Positions 21,201-28,646 of a stretch of DNA of 64,000 nt are shown here, one piece after another. The notes under the pieces were generated by a model, which saw only the letters and a list, made by a program, of their open reading frames with translations, had not been told where the DNA came from and made no database searches. Made by a program: the position numbers and the translations under genes. Each line of letters begins with the position of its first letter. The first letter of the stretch is position 1. Source of the DNA: a virus; the IMG/VR virus record IMGVR_UViG_3300022701_000122, positions 64,001 through 128,000 of that record. One strand, written 5' to 3'.

Positions 21201-24200
21201 ATAAAGGATTCAACTCAATATTTGAATCATGGTAGTCCCAATGTATCTTTAACACATACAGAAATGAGTGGTACGCCTGATCTTGATTATGCTGTTCAAA
21301 ATGCATCATCTGGTGATCGTAAAATTGAAATGGGTACTAGTAATTTTGATAAAGGGTTGTTCACACTTGAGACTATAACAAGAATTGATGATGCTTCTTC
21401 TAAATATCCCGGTTTATTATTGTTACATACAGACGATGATAATAAATTACATTTTTATGAACAAGGCCCAAATAATAAATTAAGATTCACAACTGCTGTT
21501 GGTGGTTCGGGTGAAACTATATTTGAATACGACAGAGTTGATGATGATGCATGGCATTTTTATGGATTAAAGGCGGATTTTGATAATGATGAATATTCTT
21601 TATGGGAAGATAATACTGAGGTAGCAACATCGTCATCAACACATACTGAACTTACGGCTTTAGGTACTCCTTATATTGGTCCATCTTATTTTTCTAGTAA
21701 TTGGTATTCTGGTAATTATATTATTGGTGAATATAGAGTTTCAAAGATTGCAAGAAGTGATGCTTGGATAAAAGCTTCGTATTATAGTACATATGATAGT
21801 TTATTAACATTTGGTGGAGAAGAAATTGTTTCAACAAGTATTGCAACAGTATCTGGTAATTCTATAATATTTACAGATAAAGTTAATTTTATAGATTTTA
21901 TAGAACTTGGAGATACACCATCTGTATATACTGGTCAATCAGGAAAGAATATAAGAGTAAAATCGTCAGAAGATGGATTAGAATTCTATGATTCAACAAC
22001 AGATTTTGCTGGATACGATGAATTTATTGAATTAACAGATACACCATCGAGTTATTCAGGACAAGCTGGTAAAGTAGCAACTGTTAATGAATCAGAAACA
22101 GCATTGGAATTTTTAACATCATCTTCTGGAGGAATTCAATGGTATGATGATGTTGGTGATATTCCTTATGATTTAACATCATATTATTTAAATGAGACAA
22201 CTGGTGATATTACAAAATATGAAAGTACTGCTGGATGGTTGGGTACTTGGGCTAAACGTATCGAAATAACTGTTGATAATACCAATATTGATAGTGATTT
22301 AACACATTTTCCGATACCAATCGTATTGGGATCATCTGTTGGTGGATCTTCTCAAGATATAACAGATATATTCGATGAAGTTGGTTCAAGTTGGCAAAAG
22401 ATTGCGGTAACTAAATCTGATGGAACTACTCAATTATATGTTGAAAAAGAAGTATGGGATTCTGGTACTGAAAATGCATTATTATGGGTATCCAAATCTG
22501 ACTTAACACTTAGTTCATCGACCACGACTACATTATATTTATATTTTGATTCATCACAAGGAAATAATACCACCTATGTTGCTGATCCTGGAAACAGAAC
22601 AGAAGTATGGGATTCAAATTTTGTTGCTCGTTATGGTATGACTGAAGATCCATCAATTGGAAATATTTTAGATTCTACAATTAATAGTTATGATTGTGTC
22701 CCAAATGGTTCTATGACAAGCGGAGATCTTGTAGATGGACCATTAGGTAAATCCATTAATTTTGATGGTTCTAATGATTATGCAAAATCTTCTGCTCAAA
22801 ATTTATCTTCTTTAGAGAGTTCATTTACAGTTGAGGCATATATAAAATGGGTATCTTTAAATGCGGCGTGGGATAGAATATGTCAAATAGGTGGAGATTC
22901 TAATGGTGCTATTTTAATGGCAAGAAGCAATACTACATCATATCTTACTAATAGTGTGTGGGGTGATGATGTAGCTACTACGTTAGGGACTGACGTAGGA
23001 AATTACCATTATGTTTTTCAAACATTTAATGGCACAACAGCATATATGCATAGGGATCTTACCGAAGATCCAGCAACTAATGGTGTTACTGTATCTTCAA
23101 AATCAAGTGCCAGTATAATTATCGCGGGAGGAAATTCTGGAACATATAATGGAAATGTTGAAATAGATGAATTCAGAGTTTCTAACATTGAGAGATCTGA
23201 TGTATGGTTAAAAGCAAATTACTATGCTCTTACTGATGATTTATTATCATATGGTTCAGTTGAAAATAATATAGTATCTGTAGGAACAGTTAAACCATCT
23301 TGGTTGGATTTAATAGATACACCATCTGTATATACAGATCAAGCCGGTAAAAGTGTAAGAGTTAATCAGTCTGAAAATGGTTTAGAATTCTATGATTCTA
23401 CTTCTGGTGGTGAAAGTGGAGTTGATGAATTCATAGAGTTGATAGATACTCCGAGTTCATTTATAGGTCAAGCAGGAAAATACGCTGTAGTTAATCAAGC
23501 AGAGACAGCATTAGAGTTTGTAGATTCAACTGCTGGTGGTGATGGATCTAGTGTTGATGAATTCATTGAATTAATTGATACCCCGAGTTCATTTATAGGT
23601 CAAGGTGAAAAAGTAGTTTCTGTAAATGTTGGTGAAACAGCATTAGAATTTACAACAATTAATTCTGGTGTATCTGCATTTACAGAATTAACCGATACAC
23701 CATCAAGTTTACCAGATTCATTTTCGTGGGCAAAGAGAGTTGAATTAACTATAAGTCCAACTTATATAGATTCTGATTTAACAAATTTTCCAGTTACAAT
23801 TAATTTATCAGATTATACTGATATATTTAGTGAATTAAGTGATACTGATAAATTAAAAATATCTGTAACATATACTGATTCAACATCAAGTGAGACTGAA
23901 TGTTATGTTGAAGTTTCTGAATTTGATGAAACTAATCAGCGAGGTTTCCTATATGTAAAAGTTCCAACCGTATCATCTTCTGAAAATACGACTTTATATT
24001 TATATTATGATTCAAATCAATCAAATAATACTACATATGTTGGTATAACTGGATCTGATGCTGCTAAAAATGTATGGGATGATGATTATGTAATAGTTTA
24101 TCATATGGAGGAGGAACCAAATGCTGGATCAGATATTATAAAAGATTCTACTCAATATTCAAACCACGGTAGTCCTTCTCATAATCAGATACAAGTTGAT

Positions 24201-26309
24201 ACTGCTGATGGTACGCCTGATGTCGGAAATTCTGTTAAAATAGATAGATCTGTTTCAAGTGCAAGTAGAATTACGATGGGTAATTCTAATTTTAATAAAG
24301 ATACATTTACTCTCGAAGCAACATGTAGATTGGATAATTATCCAAGTAGATATCCCAGTCTTTTGACAATGACCAATAATAATAATAATAACAGGATGCA
24401 ACTTGGTCTCAATGATTCTAATCATATTAGACTGAATAATGTATTAAGTGGTTCAAATAATGCTATACTCGATGCTGCAAGAACCGATGATGATACATGG
24501 CATCATTATGCGTATAAAGTAGATTTTAATAATGATGAATACGAATTGTTTGAAGATAGTGTATCTGTTGATAGTAATACTTCATCATATTCACCGCAAT
24601 CATCAGTAACTACTCTTACTATGGGTGCTATTTATTATAGTGGTTATCAAAATGGTCATGCCACAGTTGGTGAATATCGTGTATCAAAAATAGTAAGATC
24701 AGATGCTTGGTTAAAAGCTACTTATCATACAATATACAATAATATAATAACATTTGGATCAGAAGAATTATCAGAAATACAATTGGTTACTGCATCATCA
24801 TCAGGTCTGACATTTACAAGTTCGTCTTCATATATATCATCAGAAAAAATAGTAACAACTCCAGATGATGAATTAACAGACAATGCTGGAAAAATAGCAA
24901 TTGTTAATCCTGGAGAAACAGCATTCAGTCTTACTAATGATTATGTAAAAGCAACAGATTTAGATATGAATGGATTTGAAAACAGAACTGATAGCACGTT
25001 AACATGGACTGATTCAACTCCAGACAGAACTCTTTCAATTCAACCAACTGGAACAAGTTTTAACTATTGGGTTAATGGTGTTAAATATACATCAACTGGT
25101 GATACTAAACAGATAACTAATACAGAAGGAATATGGATATTTTATTATGATTCAAATGGATTACAGGCAATAAATAGCCCAACCTCTGCACAAGTAGATA
25201 CTGCAATTAGAAATTATGCAATTGCATGTGTTGTATATTGGAATGCAACTGATGAAGAAGCGATATTTGTTGGTGAAGAAAGACATGGTATACATATGTC
25301 TCCAGATACTCATGCGTATTTACATTTTACAGAAGGAGCGAGATATTTATATGGATTAGGTCTTGTTGATATAGATGCTGATCAAGATGGTTCTCTTGAT
25401 TCACATGCTCAATTTGGAGTAGATGCTGGTGCTATATCTGATGAAGATATTTATCATAATATAAGTGCTATTGATTCAACTGCCGGTATTCCGATATATT
25501 ACATGCTTGGATCTGAAGCACGATGGGTTAGGTATAATAAGACAGGATTTGCTGTGAGAACATATGATGGTACAAATTCTACAAGATTAGCTTATAATCA
25601 ATATACGGGGGGATCATGGCAATTGACTGAAGTTGGACATACTGATTATGTACTTTATCATATATTTGCAACTACAGGAAAAGATAATCCAATTATATCA
25701 ATAATGGGTCAAAATAATTACAATAATATACATGATGCCCGAGATGGTGCTTTAAGTGAAATTAGAAATATTGAATTGGTTGAATTATTATTTCCAGAAA
25801 TAAAAGTGTTAGCAACAGTTATATTTTATACAGCCGATTCTTTAGGAAATTCTGTAAATGCAGATATAGTAACTAATGAAGATGGTGATGATTATGTGGA
25901 TTGGAGGAATGAAAGGGTAGGTAGGGTTGAAGTAACCACAAGTGATCACGGTTCATTAAGTGGTTTAATAGACGATGATCATACACAATACACATTATTG
26001 GATGGTAGAGATGGTGATATATTAAAAATAGATGAGGTTAGAGCATATGATGGTGCTGGATTAAAATTAAACGATGATTCTGGAACAAGTGGTATATTTA
26101 TAGAAGATGGTGGTGAAGTTGGATTTGGTACAAATTCCCCAACTGCTGCTATTGATGTCGATTCAGATAAGATTAGAGTAAGAACATCTAAAACTCCAGC
26201 AACATCTGGTGCTGCTGGTAATGCTGGTGATATATGTTGGGATACTAATTATGTATATATATGTGTTGCAACAAACACATGGAAACGTGCCGCAATATCT
26301 ACGTGGTAA
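12282..26309 (+). CDS. Giant tail fibre / receptor-binding protein, 4675 aa (LamG, 5x DUF2341+LamG, fibre-shaft repeats)
   Basis: Dozens of F-x-E/D-L-x-DTP-x-x-Y-x-G-Q-x-G...VN...LEF repeats; ATxxxLGGIxVG and YxHPxTHP repeats; short collagen GPRGLKGDDGDAG; typical fibre C-terminus GDICWDTNYVYICVATNTWKR. Confidence 0.85.
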   Translation: MPVFRKIYLKTKVSGEVVETDLKKRESAFDDETKSWYVKDYQGVMHKFSSIDDGVISAHRTWSSDKILSELNEYSLPNRWLEGTTVPPSTLGSEGNHYINTITKDVYKKKTIPIGGVDSFTTLMIHSDSVDGNQEFEDSSQSDHDITFFGSVEHSNDQKVFGDTSIKFNGDQAISGLKIEHSDDFSFDEYEFSIDFRIRFEQLNNTQVLFSRKKENVSDFWKLEYDNVNHHLEFTHDTVDTGSIGIVGSIIFEVDTWYHIAIVGEIDEISGDRVFRLIVDGVLISSSIYDTFDYFYGPLYIGSYDENTSDSFVGWMDEIRISSGIARDFIDDVPTEVYTVPDGSTTLDSWWLLGNIRDNNRFTSLVDLPNDYTNQSGKILIVNETEDGLRFESFNPNGVYEFVDLTDTPSTYAGQANRLVAVAGDESGLEFVDRSSSGIKFIELSDVPTSYAQSRYKVPRVNYNQNGLEFVDDIRNLIDLSDVNASNYTGDRHKILRVNSSESGVEFAEPTVMQQLLIIDSRADLPATADVGTLVVASGPTGDGNMYVFIGWYTRDGYQTPTYENKWLVKSGNRYEATSVFPSTSTYIIPIGTRLFSEDDGTWFIYTGSEWIDTKEDLAPATATNLGGIKVGDRLTVEQDGTLNADLQSSYNFDYNYKYKLDNIQANANNYVHPSTHPAVIIEEDTTHRFVTDAQILAWNAASGEFVPATETTLGVIKVGDRLSVEVDGTLNADLQSDENFTTALKNKLEGMAPSGLSPATIADLGGIIVGERLSVEVDGTLSANVQSDNNFTDALKNKLDGVDDSANYYVHPSTHSASMITTSTSRRFVTDAQIALWTAGGSVEWDNITSKPSVFPPDTHYHDFVDLTDSPANYTGQAGKILQVNSGEDGLEFIDNPGSVDDGDWSSADSPPGNWSDTHNHGVTFDAVVSTTSVNSTFRYVIPSSELSTSGTSIRLKFQSIEGYTLYVYKCYVGHASQTVGADTFDFDGNQVQMSVNEETSFYITNGETVTTDIETFTLDPTRNLIVAMYVADFGHLSKSSLTGNCSYYFKNGDYSYQTDVASGGWVQSSNIYAFISEIEVKTSDTGSDGDYYLDTGTGDIYKKITGVWTKQGNIRGPRGLKGDDGDAGSTTFIGLTDVPSSYSTYANKRVTVNATADGLVFSDKYEHPSTHPATIITQDTTHRFITDAERIAWNAAASGSIPPATTSTIGGIIVGDRLTVAIDGTLDADVQTDNNFTDALKSKLDGIASGANNYTHPVTHPPSIIAEDSNNRFVTDAQIAQWNSGSATNFTDLSDTPANYSGHSQKLVRVNAGETALEFVDSTAGGGSGVDEFIELTDTPGSFTANKYLKVNAGATALEFVDEPSGVDTFLGLTDSPGSFSGHGLKVVRVNSGANALEFNTPTFLDLNDTPGSFIANRYVKVNSAGNALEFTDSTAGGSDVDEFLELIDAPSSYSGQSLKLIRVNAGETGVEFTDPYTHPATHPPSIIAEDTNDRFVSDSQISTWDGKPDNFLELPDTPSSFSGQSGKNIRVKSTEDGLEFYDSTAGSGSGADTFIELTDTPVSFSGNEGYVVRVNESGTALEFFDSTTDFTGYDEFIELADTPSSFIGQGSKILYVADNELSVDFKDPTFIDLTDTPASYPEAAGTWARRIDITINSLLVDEDLTDFPIMLDLTNHTEIFSIISDSDKLKMSARVYDSTSDSETECYVEIDHYDSTSNTGILWVKVPNVSSTEDTVLRLYYDDTQLDNTTYVGVTESVAAQNVWDSNYIGVWHLNAEDPSVTDSVKDSTQNNNDGNTPTSNKPTLVDTDRLGKGYEFYSHYGSDAPRIACDCVGITNTKYTVEITAKPVVTAVNDGLWCISDGNSESARNDLRIYDGDMDNRVTTVTIMGYPMPDAGQWHTFGTTWDFDGNSFVSYLDGAIVDTSSSTRSAAGGLDTFSIGAWNYYGSWNTEATVISDVRLSNGVRSYAWMKASAYNSNDGLVSFAENVTLFNPQVVLANNSGVTFEEIDNFLNLYQLIDTPNSYTGQSGKVLSVKSTEDGIEFTTPTVTDEFLDLTDTPSTYSGSEGYNVRVNQSGTALEFYDSTSDGGSGVDEFIELIDTPSTFSGQSGKSIRVNQTENGLEFYDSTTDFTGYDEFVELIDTPSSYSGQAGKNIRVNQTETALEFYDSTADFSSYDEFVELTDTPSSFSGHGLKVVRVNIDEDALEFYDSTASDVDEFIELIDTPSSYSGNELKSIRVNQFGTALEFYDSTASGGSGVDEFIELIDTPSSYSGYERYNVRVNNDGTGLEFYDSTTDFTGYDEFLELTDTPSTYFGQSGKYLIVNPGETAITFTDSAGGDGGASDFLDLTDTPSEYPLSGNWSNRYTMTIDSSNIDADLIDFPIRIDLSNMTDVFSELSDADKLKMSVRHYDSTSSETECYTEIESYNSSAQTGVLWSKIPSISSSQDTTIYLYFDKTRSDNSTYIGVLGSTPAQTVWSNDFGAVYHMNQDPSQAGGDEIKDSTVNANHGSCIGGDVLTSVSTTYCDTGVQFVGGGNTSSIGAIQISSPLNVNKNVGTHQATMKTGSSWDTIICNYYSSTSSEYDRFYQGVNSSGDQFFVTDRLNNVDGNSLLTSNHWYNVACTFDFDNDNYEFFYSGVSNGAFTPNYNAPSTLLGYMIGSMLVGVGGWFRVGDATFAELKISNVVRSDAWIKATYLSDYDQLITYGTSESINTNIIIVSGDGLVFETKDDFMDFVDLRDTPNDYTGQAGKNIRVNSGETGLEFYDATSGGESGVDEFIELIDTPSSFIGQTGKHLVVNGSETALEFATVTDTGVTTFLELTDTPSGYPSSGYGRRVTITLSYTYIDDDLTDFPVMINLSTYTDIFSELSDDDKLKMSVCQYDSTNGEVECYTEIQSYNSSAQTGILWVKVPHVSSTENTIIRIYYDSTASNNTSYVGTTTSSAAQNVWDDDYIIVYHFEENPISGSDIIKDSTQYLNHGSPNVSLTHTEMSGTPDLDYAVQNASSGDRKIEMGTSNFDKGLFTLETITRIDDASSKYPGLLLLHTDDDNKLHFYEQGPNNKLRFTTAVGGSGETIFEYDRVDDDAWHFYGLKADFDNDEYSLWEDNTEVATSSSTHTELTALGTPYIGPSYFSSNWYSGNYIIGEYRVSKIARSDAWIKASYYSTYDSLLTFGGEEIVSTSIATVSGNSIIFTDKVNFIDFIELGDTPSVYTGQSGKNIRVKSSEDGLEFYDSTTDFAGYDEFIELTDTPSSYSGQAGKVATVNESETALEFLTSSSGGIQWYDDVGDIPYDLTSYYLNETTGDITKYESTAGWLGTWAKRIEITVDNTNIDSDLTHFPIPIVLGSSVGGSSQDITDIFDEVGSSWQKIAVTKSDGTTQLYVEKEVWDSGTENALLWVSKSDLTLSSSTTTTLYLYFDSSQGNNTTYVADPGNRTEVWDSNFVARYGMTEDPSIGNILDSTINSYDCVPNGSMTSGDLVDGPLGKSINFDGSNDYAKSSAQNLSSLESSFTVEAYIKWVSLNAAWDRICQIGGDSNGAILMARSNTTSYLTNSVWGDDVATTLGTDVGNYHYVFQTFNGTTAYMHRDLTEDPATNGVTVSSKSSASIIIAGGNSGTYNGNVEIDEFRVSNIERSDVWLKANYYALTDDLLSYGSVENNIVSVGTVKPSWLDLIDTPSVYTDQAGKSVRVNQSENGLEFYDSTSGGESGVDEFIELIDTPSSFIGQAGKYAVVNQAETALEFVDSTAGGDGSSVDEFIELIDTPSSFIGQGEKVVSVNVGETALEFTTINSGVSAFTELTDTPSSLPDSFSWAKRVELTISPTYIDSDLTNFPVTINLSDYTDIFSELSDTDKLKISVTYTDSTSSETECYVEVSEFDETNQRGFLYVKVPTVSSSENTTLYLYYDSNQSNNTTYVGITGSDAAKNVWDDDYVIVYHMEEEPNAGSDIIKDSTQYSNHGSPSHNQIQVDTADGTPDVGNSVKIDRSVSSASRITMGNSNFNKDTFTLEATCRLDNYPSRYPSLLTMTNNNNNNRMQLGLNDSNHIRLNNVLSGSNNAILDAARTDDDTWHHYAYKVDFNNDEYELFEDSVSVDSNTSSYSPQSSVTTLTMGAIYYSGYQNGHATVGEYRVSKIVRSDAWLKATYHTIYNNIITFGSEELSEIQLVTASSSGLTFTSSSSYISSEKIVTTPDDELTDNAGKIAIVNPGETAFSLTNDYVKATDLDMNGFENRTDSTLTWTDSTPDRTLSIQPTGTSFNYWVNGVKYTSTGDTKQITNTEGIWIFYYDSNGLQAINSPTSAQVDTAIRNYAIACVVYWNATDEEAIFVGEERHGIHMSPDTHAYLHFTEGARYLYGLGLVDIDADQDGSLDSHAQFGVDAGAISDEDIYHNISAIDSTAGIPIYYMLGSEARWVRYNKTGFAVRTYDGTNSTRLAYNQYTGGSWQLTEVGHTDYVLYHIFATTGKDNPIISIMGQNNYNNIHDARDGALSEIRNIELVELLFPEIKVLATVIFYTADSLGNSVNADIVTNEDGDDYVDWRNERVGRVEVTTSDHGSLSGLIDDDHTQYTLLDGRDGDILKIDEVRAYDGAGLKLNDDSGTSGIFIEDGGEVGFGTNSPTAAIDVDSDKIRVRTSKTPATSGAAGNAGDICWDTNYVYICVATNTWKRAAISTW
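20593..23471 (+). repeat. 74-bp perfect direct repeat inside the fibre gene (20593-20666 and 23398-23471)
   Basis: Identical CTACTTCTGGTGGTGAAAGTGGAGTTGATGAATTCATAGAGTTGATAGATACTCCGAGTTCATTTATAGGTCAA at both positions. Confidence 0.9.
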
Positions 26310-26471
26310 AAATAAAAATTAAAGAGGTAAATTATGGCTTATACATTGAAAGCTGGCGTTACAAAAGAAGATGGTTATGGAAATACTTATGATTCTTGTT
26401 ATAAGGAGCTACCAAGAAAACCCCGTATGCTTGCATCGGGGATGAATTGGTAAAATAAATTCAAAAATCAC

Positions 26472-26500
26472 TTGAAATTCTAAATATGATAGTATATTGT
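26472..26500 (+). promoter_or_regulatory. Sigma70-type promoter of the IS operon
   Basis: TTGAAA-17 nt-TATTGT followed by AGGAGA RBS. Confidence 0.65.
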
Positions 26501-26522
26501 ATATGTAGATAGGAGATAAATA

Positions 26523-26684
26523 ATGAACACTCAAATAAACATAGCTTTACCCAAAGAATGGAAAGAAGAGTTAGAGAGGCTTGCCAGAGTATTTTCTGTT
26601 GAAGAAGAGAAAACTCTAACATACCTTGATTTAATTAGACGTGCGATTAAAGAAAAATATGGATTAGAAGAAACAGAAAAATGA
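26523..26684 (+). CDS. Ribbon-helix-helix (CopG/Arc-like) protein, 53 aa, inside the IS
   Basis: MNTQINIALPKEWKEELERLARVFSVEEEKTLTYLDLIRRAIKEKYGLEETEK: alternating beta strand, LP turn, two helices; AGGAGA RBS; stop overlaps tnpA start (ATGA). Confidence 0.8.
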   Translation: MNTQINIALPKEWKEELERLARVFSVEEEKTLTYLDLIRRAIKEKYGLEETEK

Positions 26685-27085
26685 GTGAGTATAAGTCAAC
26701 ATCACATTGCAAATACCTGTGCCAGTATCACATTATTTTCTGTCCAAAATTCCGATACTCTGTTTTAAAGGGAAATATCGAAACCAGTTTGAAAGAAATA
26801 TTGATAGATGTGGCAAATAGGTATGAATACGAAATAATACAGATGGAAGTGATGCCAGACCATATTCACATATTTGTTGGTACTAAACCAACTGTTGCTC
26901 CAATGGACATAGTTAGGATTTTTAAAAGTATCACAGCTATTGAATTGTTTAAGAAATACCCAAAGTTAAAATCTTTTTATGGTAGACGTGGTTCTCTTTG
27001 GTCAGTAGGTAAATTCATATCTACTATTGGCAATGTTTCTGCTGAAACAATTAAGAAATATATTGCAGACCAAAAAGGGAAATAA
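26681..27085 (+). CDS. tnpA: Y1 HUH transposase TnpA (IS200-like)
   Basis: YHIIFCPKFRY, DHIHIF (HUH), LWSVGKF, IKKYIADQ catalytic Tyr. Confidence 0.96.
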   Translation: MSEYKSTSHCKYLCQYHIIFCPKFRYSVLKGNIETSLKEILIDVANRYEYEIIQMEVMPDHIHIFVGTKPTVAPMDIVRIFKSITAIELFKKYPKLKSFYGRRGSLWSVGKFISTIGNVSAETIKKYIADQKGK

Positions 27086-27088
27086 AAT

Positions 27089-28249
27089 ATGTTAATACAC
27101 CGAGGGTACAAGTATAGGATTTTACCAACCAAAGAGCAAGAGAAATCCTTGCTTCAATGTGGTGGCAATTCCAGATTTTTGTGGAATTATGCCCTTAAAA
27201 CAAATCAAGATTATTATAAAGAAACAGGCAAATTTAAATTCTACCATGAATTAGCTGTTTCATTACCAAAACTCAAAGAGGAATATCCCTTTCTTAAAGA
27301 ATCATTTTCACAATCTTTACAAATGGTTTTACGACAATTTGATAGAACGTTGAAAGATTTTTTTAAGAAAGAGAAAGGATTTCCATCTTTCAAAAAGAAA
27401 ATGTTGTTGAACGATAGTTTTACCTGCCCACAAAAATGGAGATTGGGTAAAGGATTTGTTTTTATTCCTAAAATTGGGGAAGTAAAATGGGTGAAGCACA
27501 GATCCATGAAAGGCAAGCCTAAATCAATTACAATTTCACAAGATGGTAATAAATGGTTTTGTTCTGTTTTATGCGAATACACAGTGCCAGATAGAGCAAA
27601 AAAATGTGATAGTGTTGTTGGTTGCGATGTAGGTTTAAAAGAGTTTGCAACATTGTCTGATGGAACTGTCATAAGCAACTCCAAACATACTAAAAAATAT
27701 GAAAATAAGTTGACGAAAGAACAAAGGAAACTAAGCAAAAAACAAAAGGGGAGTAAAAACAGGTTTAAACAAAGACTTAAAGTTAGAAAGATTTACAACA
27801 AAATAAGAGATACACGTAAAGATTTTCTACACAAAACTTCTAATTCGATAGCCAAGAATTACGATGGGATATTCGTAGAAGATTTAAACATTAAAGGGAT
27901 GATGAAAAATCATTGCTTAGCTAAATCAATCGGTGATGTTTCATGGTCGGAGTTCAATAGACAACTTGAATACAAATGTAAATGGAATTTTAAGTATTAT
28001 GTCAAAATTGACCGATTTGCTCCATCGAGCAAAACATGTTCAAACTGTGACTGTATTCAAGAAATGCCTTTGAGCAAGAGAATCTTTAATTGCCCAAATT
28101 GTGGAATTTCTATAGACAGGGATTTAAACGCATCTCTAAATATTAGAAATATAGGACTTAATACGCTGGGGCACAGCGGAATTTACGCTTGTGGAGATAG
28201 TTTGTTAGAACTATCGTTGAAGCAAGAAAAAGAATGCTTAGTGAACTAA
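27089..28249 (+). CDS. tnpB: RNA-guided nuclease TnpB
   Basis: GYKYRILPT HTH; RuvC GCDVG, VEDL, DRDLNA; zinc finger CSNC/CPNC all intact. Confidence 0.95.
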   Translation: MLIHRGYKYRILPTKEQEKSLLQCGGNSRFLWNYALKTNQDYYKETGKFKFYHELAVSLPKLKEEYPFLKESFSQSLQMVLRQFDRTLKDFFKKEKGFPSFKKKMLLNDSFTCPQKWRLGKGFVFIPKIGEVKWVKHRSMKGKPKSITISQDGNKWFCSVLCEYTVPDRAKKCDSVVGCDVGLKEFATLSDGTVISNSKHTKKYENKLTKEQRKLSKKQKGSKNRFKQRLKVRKIYNKIRDTRKDFLHKTSNSIAKNYDGIFVEDLNIKGMMKNHCLAKSIGDVSWSEFNRQLEYKCKWNFKYYVKIDRFAPSSKTCSNCDCIQEMPLSKRIFNCPNCGISIDRDLNASLNIRNIGLNTLGHSGIYACGDSLLELSLKQEKECLVN

Positions 28250-28607
28250 GTAGAAGCCACGGGGCTTGCCCCGTGGAGTGTCACTGTGCAATAGAGAGAA
28301 TTGATATAGATAAACGAAATATAAGACTGAGAATATTTTGTGAAGTTTATAAAGATCAAGCAAGTAAAGCAGCAGGTGCTAATCCAATACCTGGCCTTAG
28401 AATAGTAGTCCCACTTACAAAAGTAGCAGATTATCAGACATATTTTAATCAAGCACAAAATATTTTCACATGTGCTTATAATTATGTAAATCAATATGAG
28501 ATAACTATAGATCCAACTGAACCTGGAGGAGAACCAACAACAGAACTAATTATGAAAGATTGGGATTCAGTATAATTATAGAGTGTGGATTTTTATTTCT
28601 ACATAGC

Positions 28608-28622
28608 GGACAAACAGTAAAT
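28608..28622 (+). promoter_or_regulatory. GGACAAA motif, putative phage promoter
   Basis: TAGCGGACAAACAGTAAAT intergenic. Confidence 0.65.
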
Positions 28623-28646
28623 CATTAATTATCACTTAGGAGTTAT

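Larger units (their letters stand above)
26403..28284 (+). mobile_element. IS200/IS605-family element (1882 bp): RHH gene + tnpA + tnpB
   Basis: Inserted 3' of TTAT; left hairpin 26421-26441 preceded by guide AAAA; right hairpin CCACGGGG-CTTG-CCCCGTGG 28257-28276 preceded by GAAG; ends TCAC; no target duplication. Confidence 0.93.
26334..28575 (+). pseudogene. Tail-fibre-associated protein gene (119 aa) interrupted by the IS605 element; pieces 26334-26402 and 28285-28575
   Basis: GAGGT RBS; removing 26403-28284 fuses ...DSCY to CAIERIDIDK... in frame, giving an ORF resembling the small proteins that follow fibre genes. Confidence 0.85.

Noticed and set aside
16240-23700. Fibre-gene repeats as a CRISPR array or DGR template/variable repeat
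   Set aside because: Repeats are in-frame, degenerate protein repeats with no unique spacers, no adenine-specific mismatch pattern and no reverse transcriptase in the window
26403-26520. IStron (group I intron fused to the IS), which would splice out of the tail gene
   Set aside because: Only ~120 nt lie between the left end and the first ORF, and it holds a promoter; no room for and no motifs of a group I core
28234-28575. 113-aa ORF as an independent gene
   Set aside because: Its first 17 codons are IS right-end sequence; the rest is the 3' piece of the gene starting at 26334
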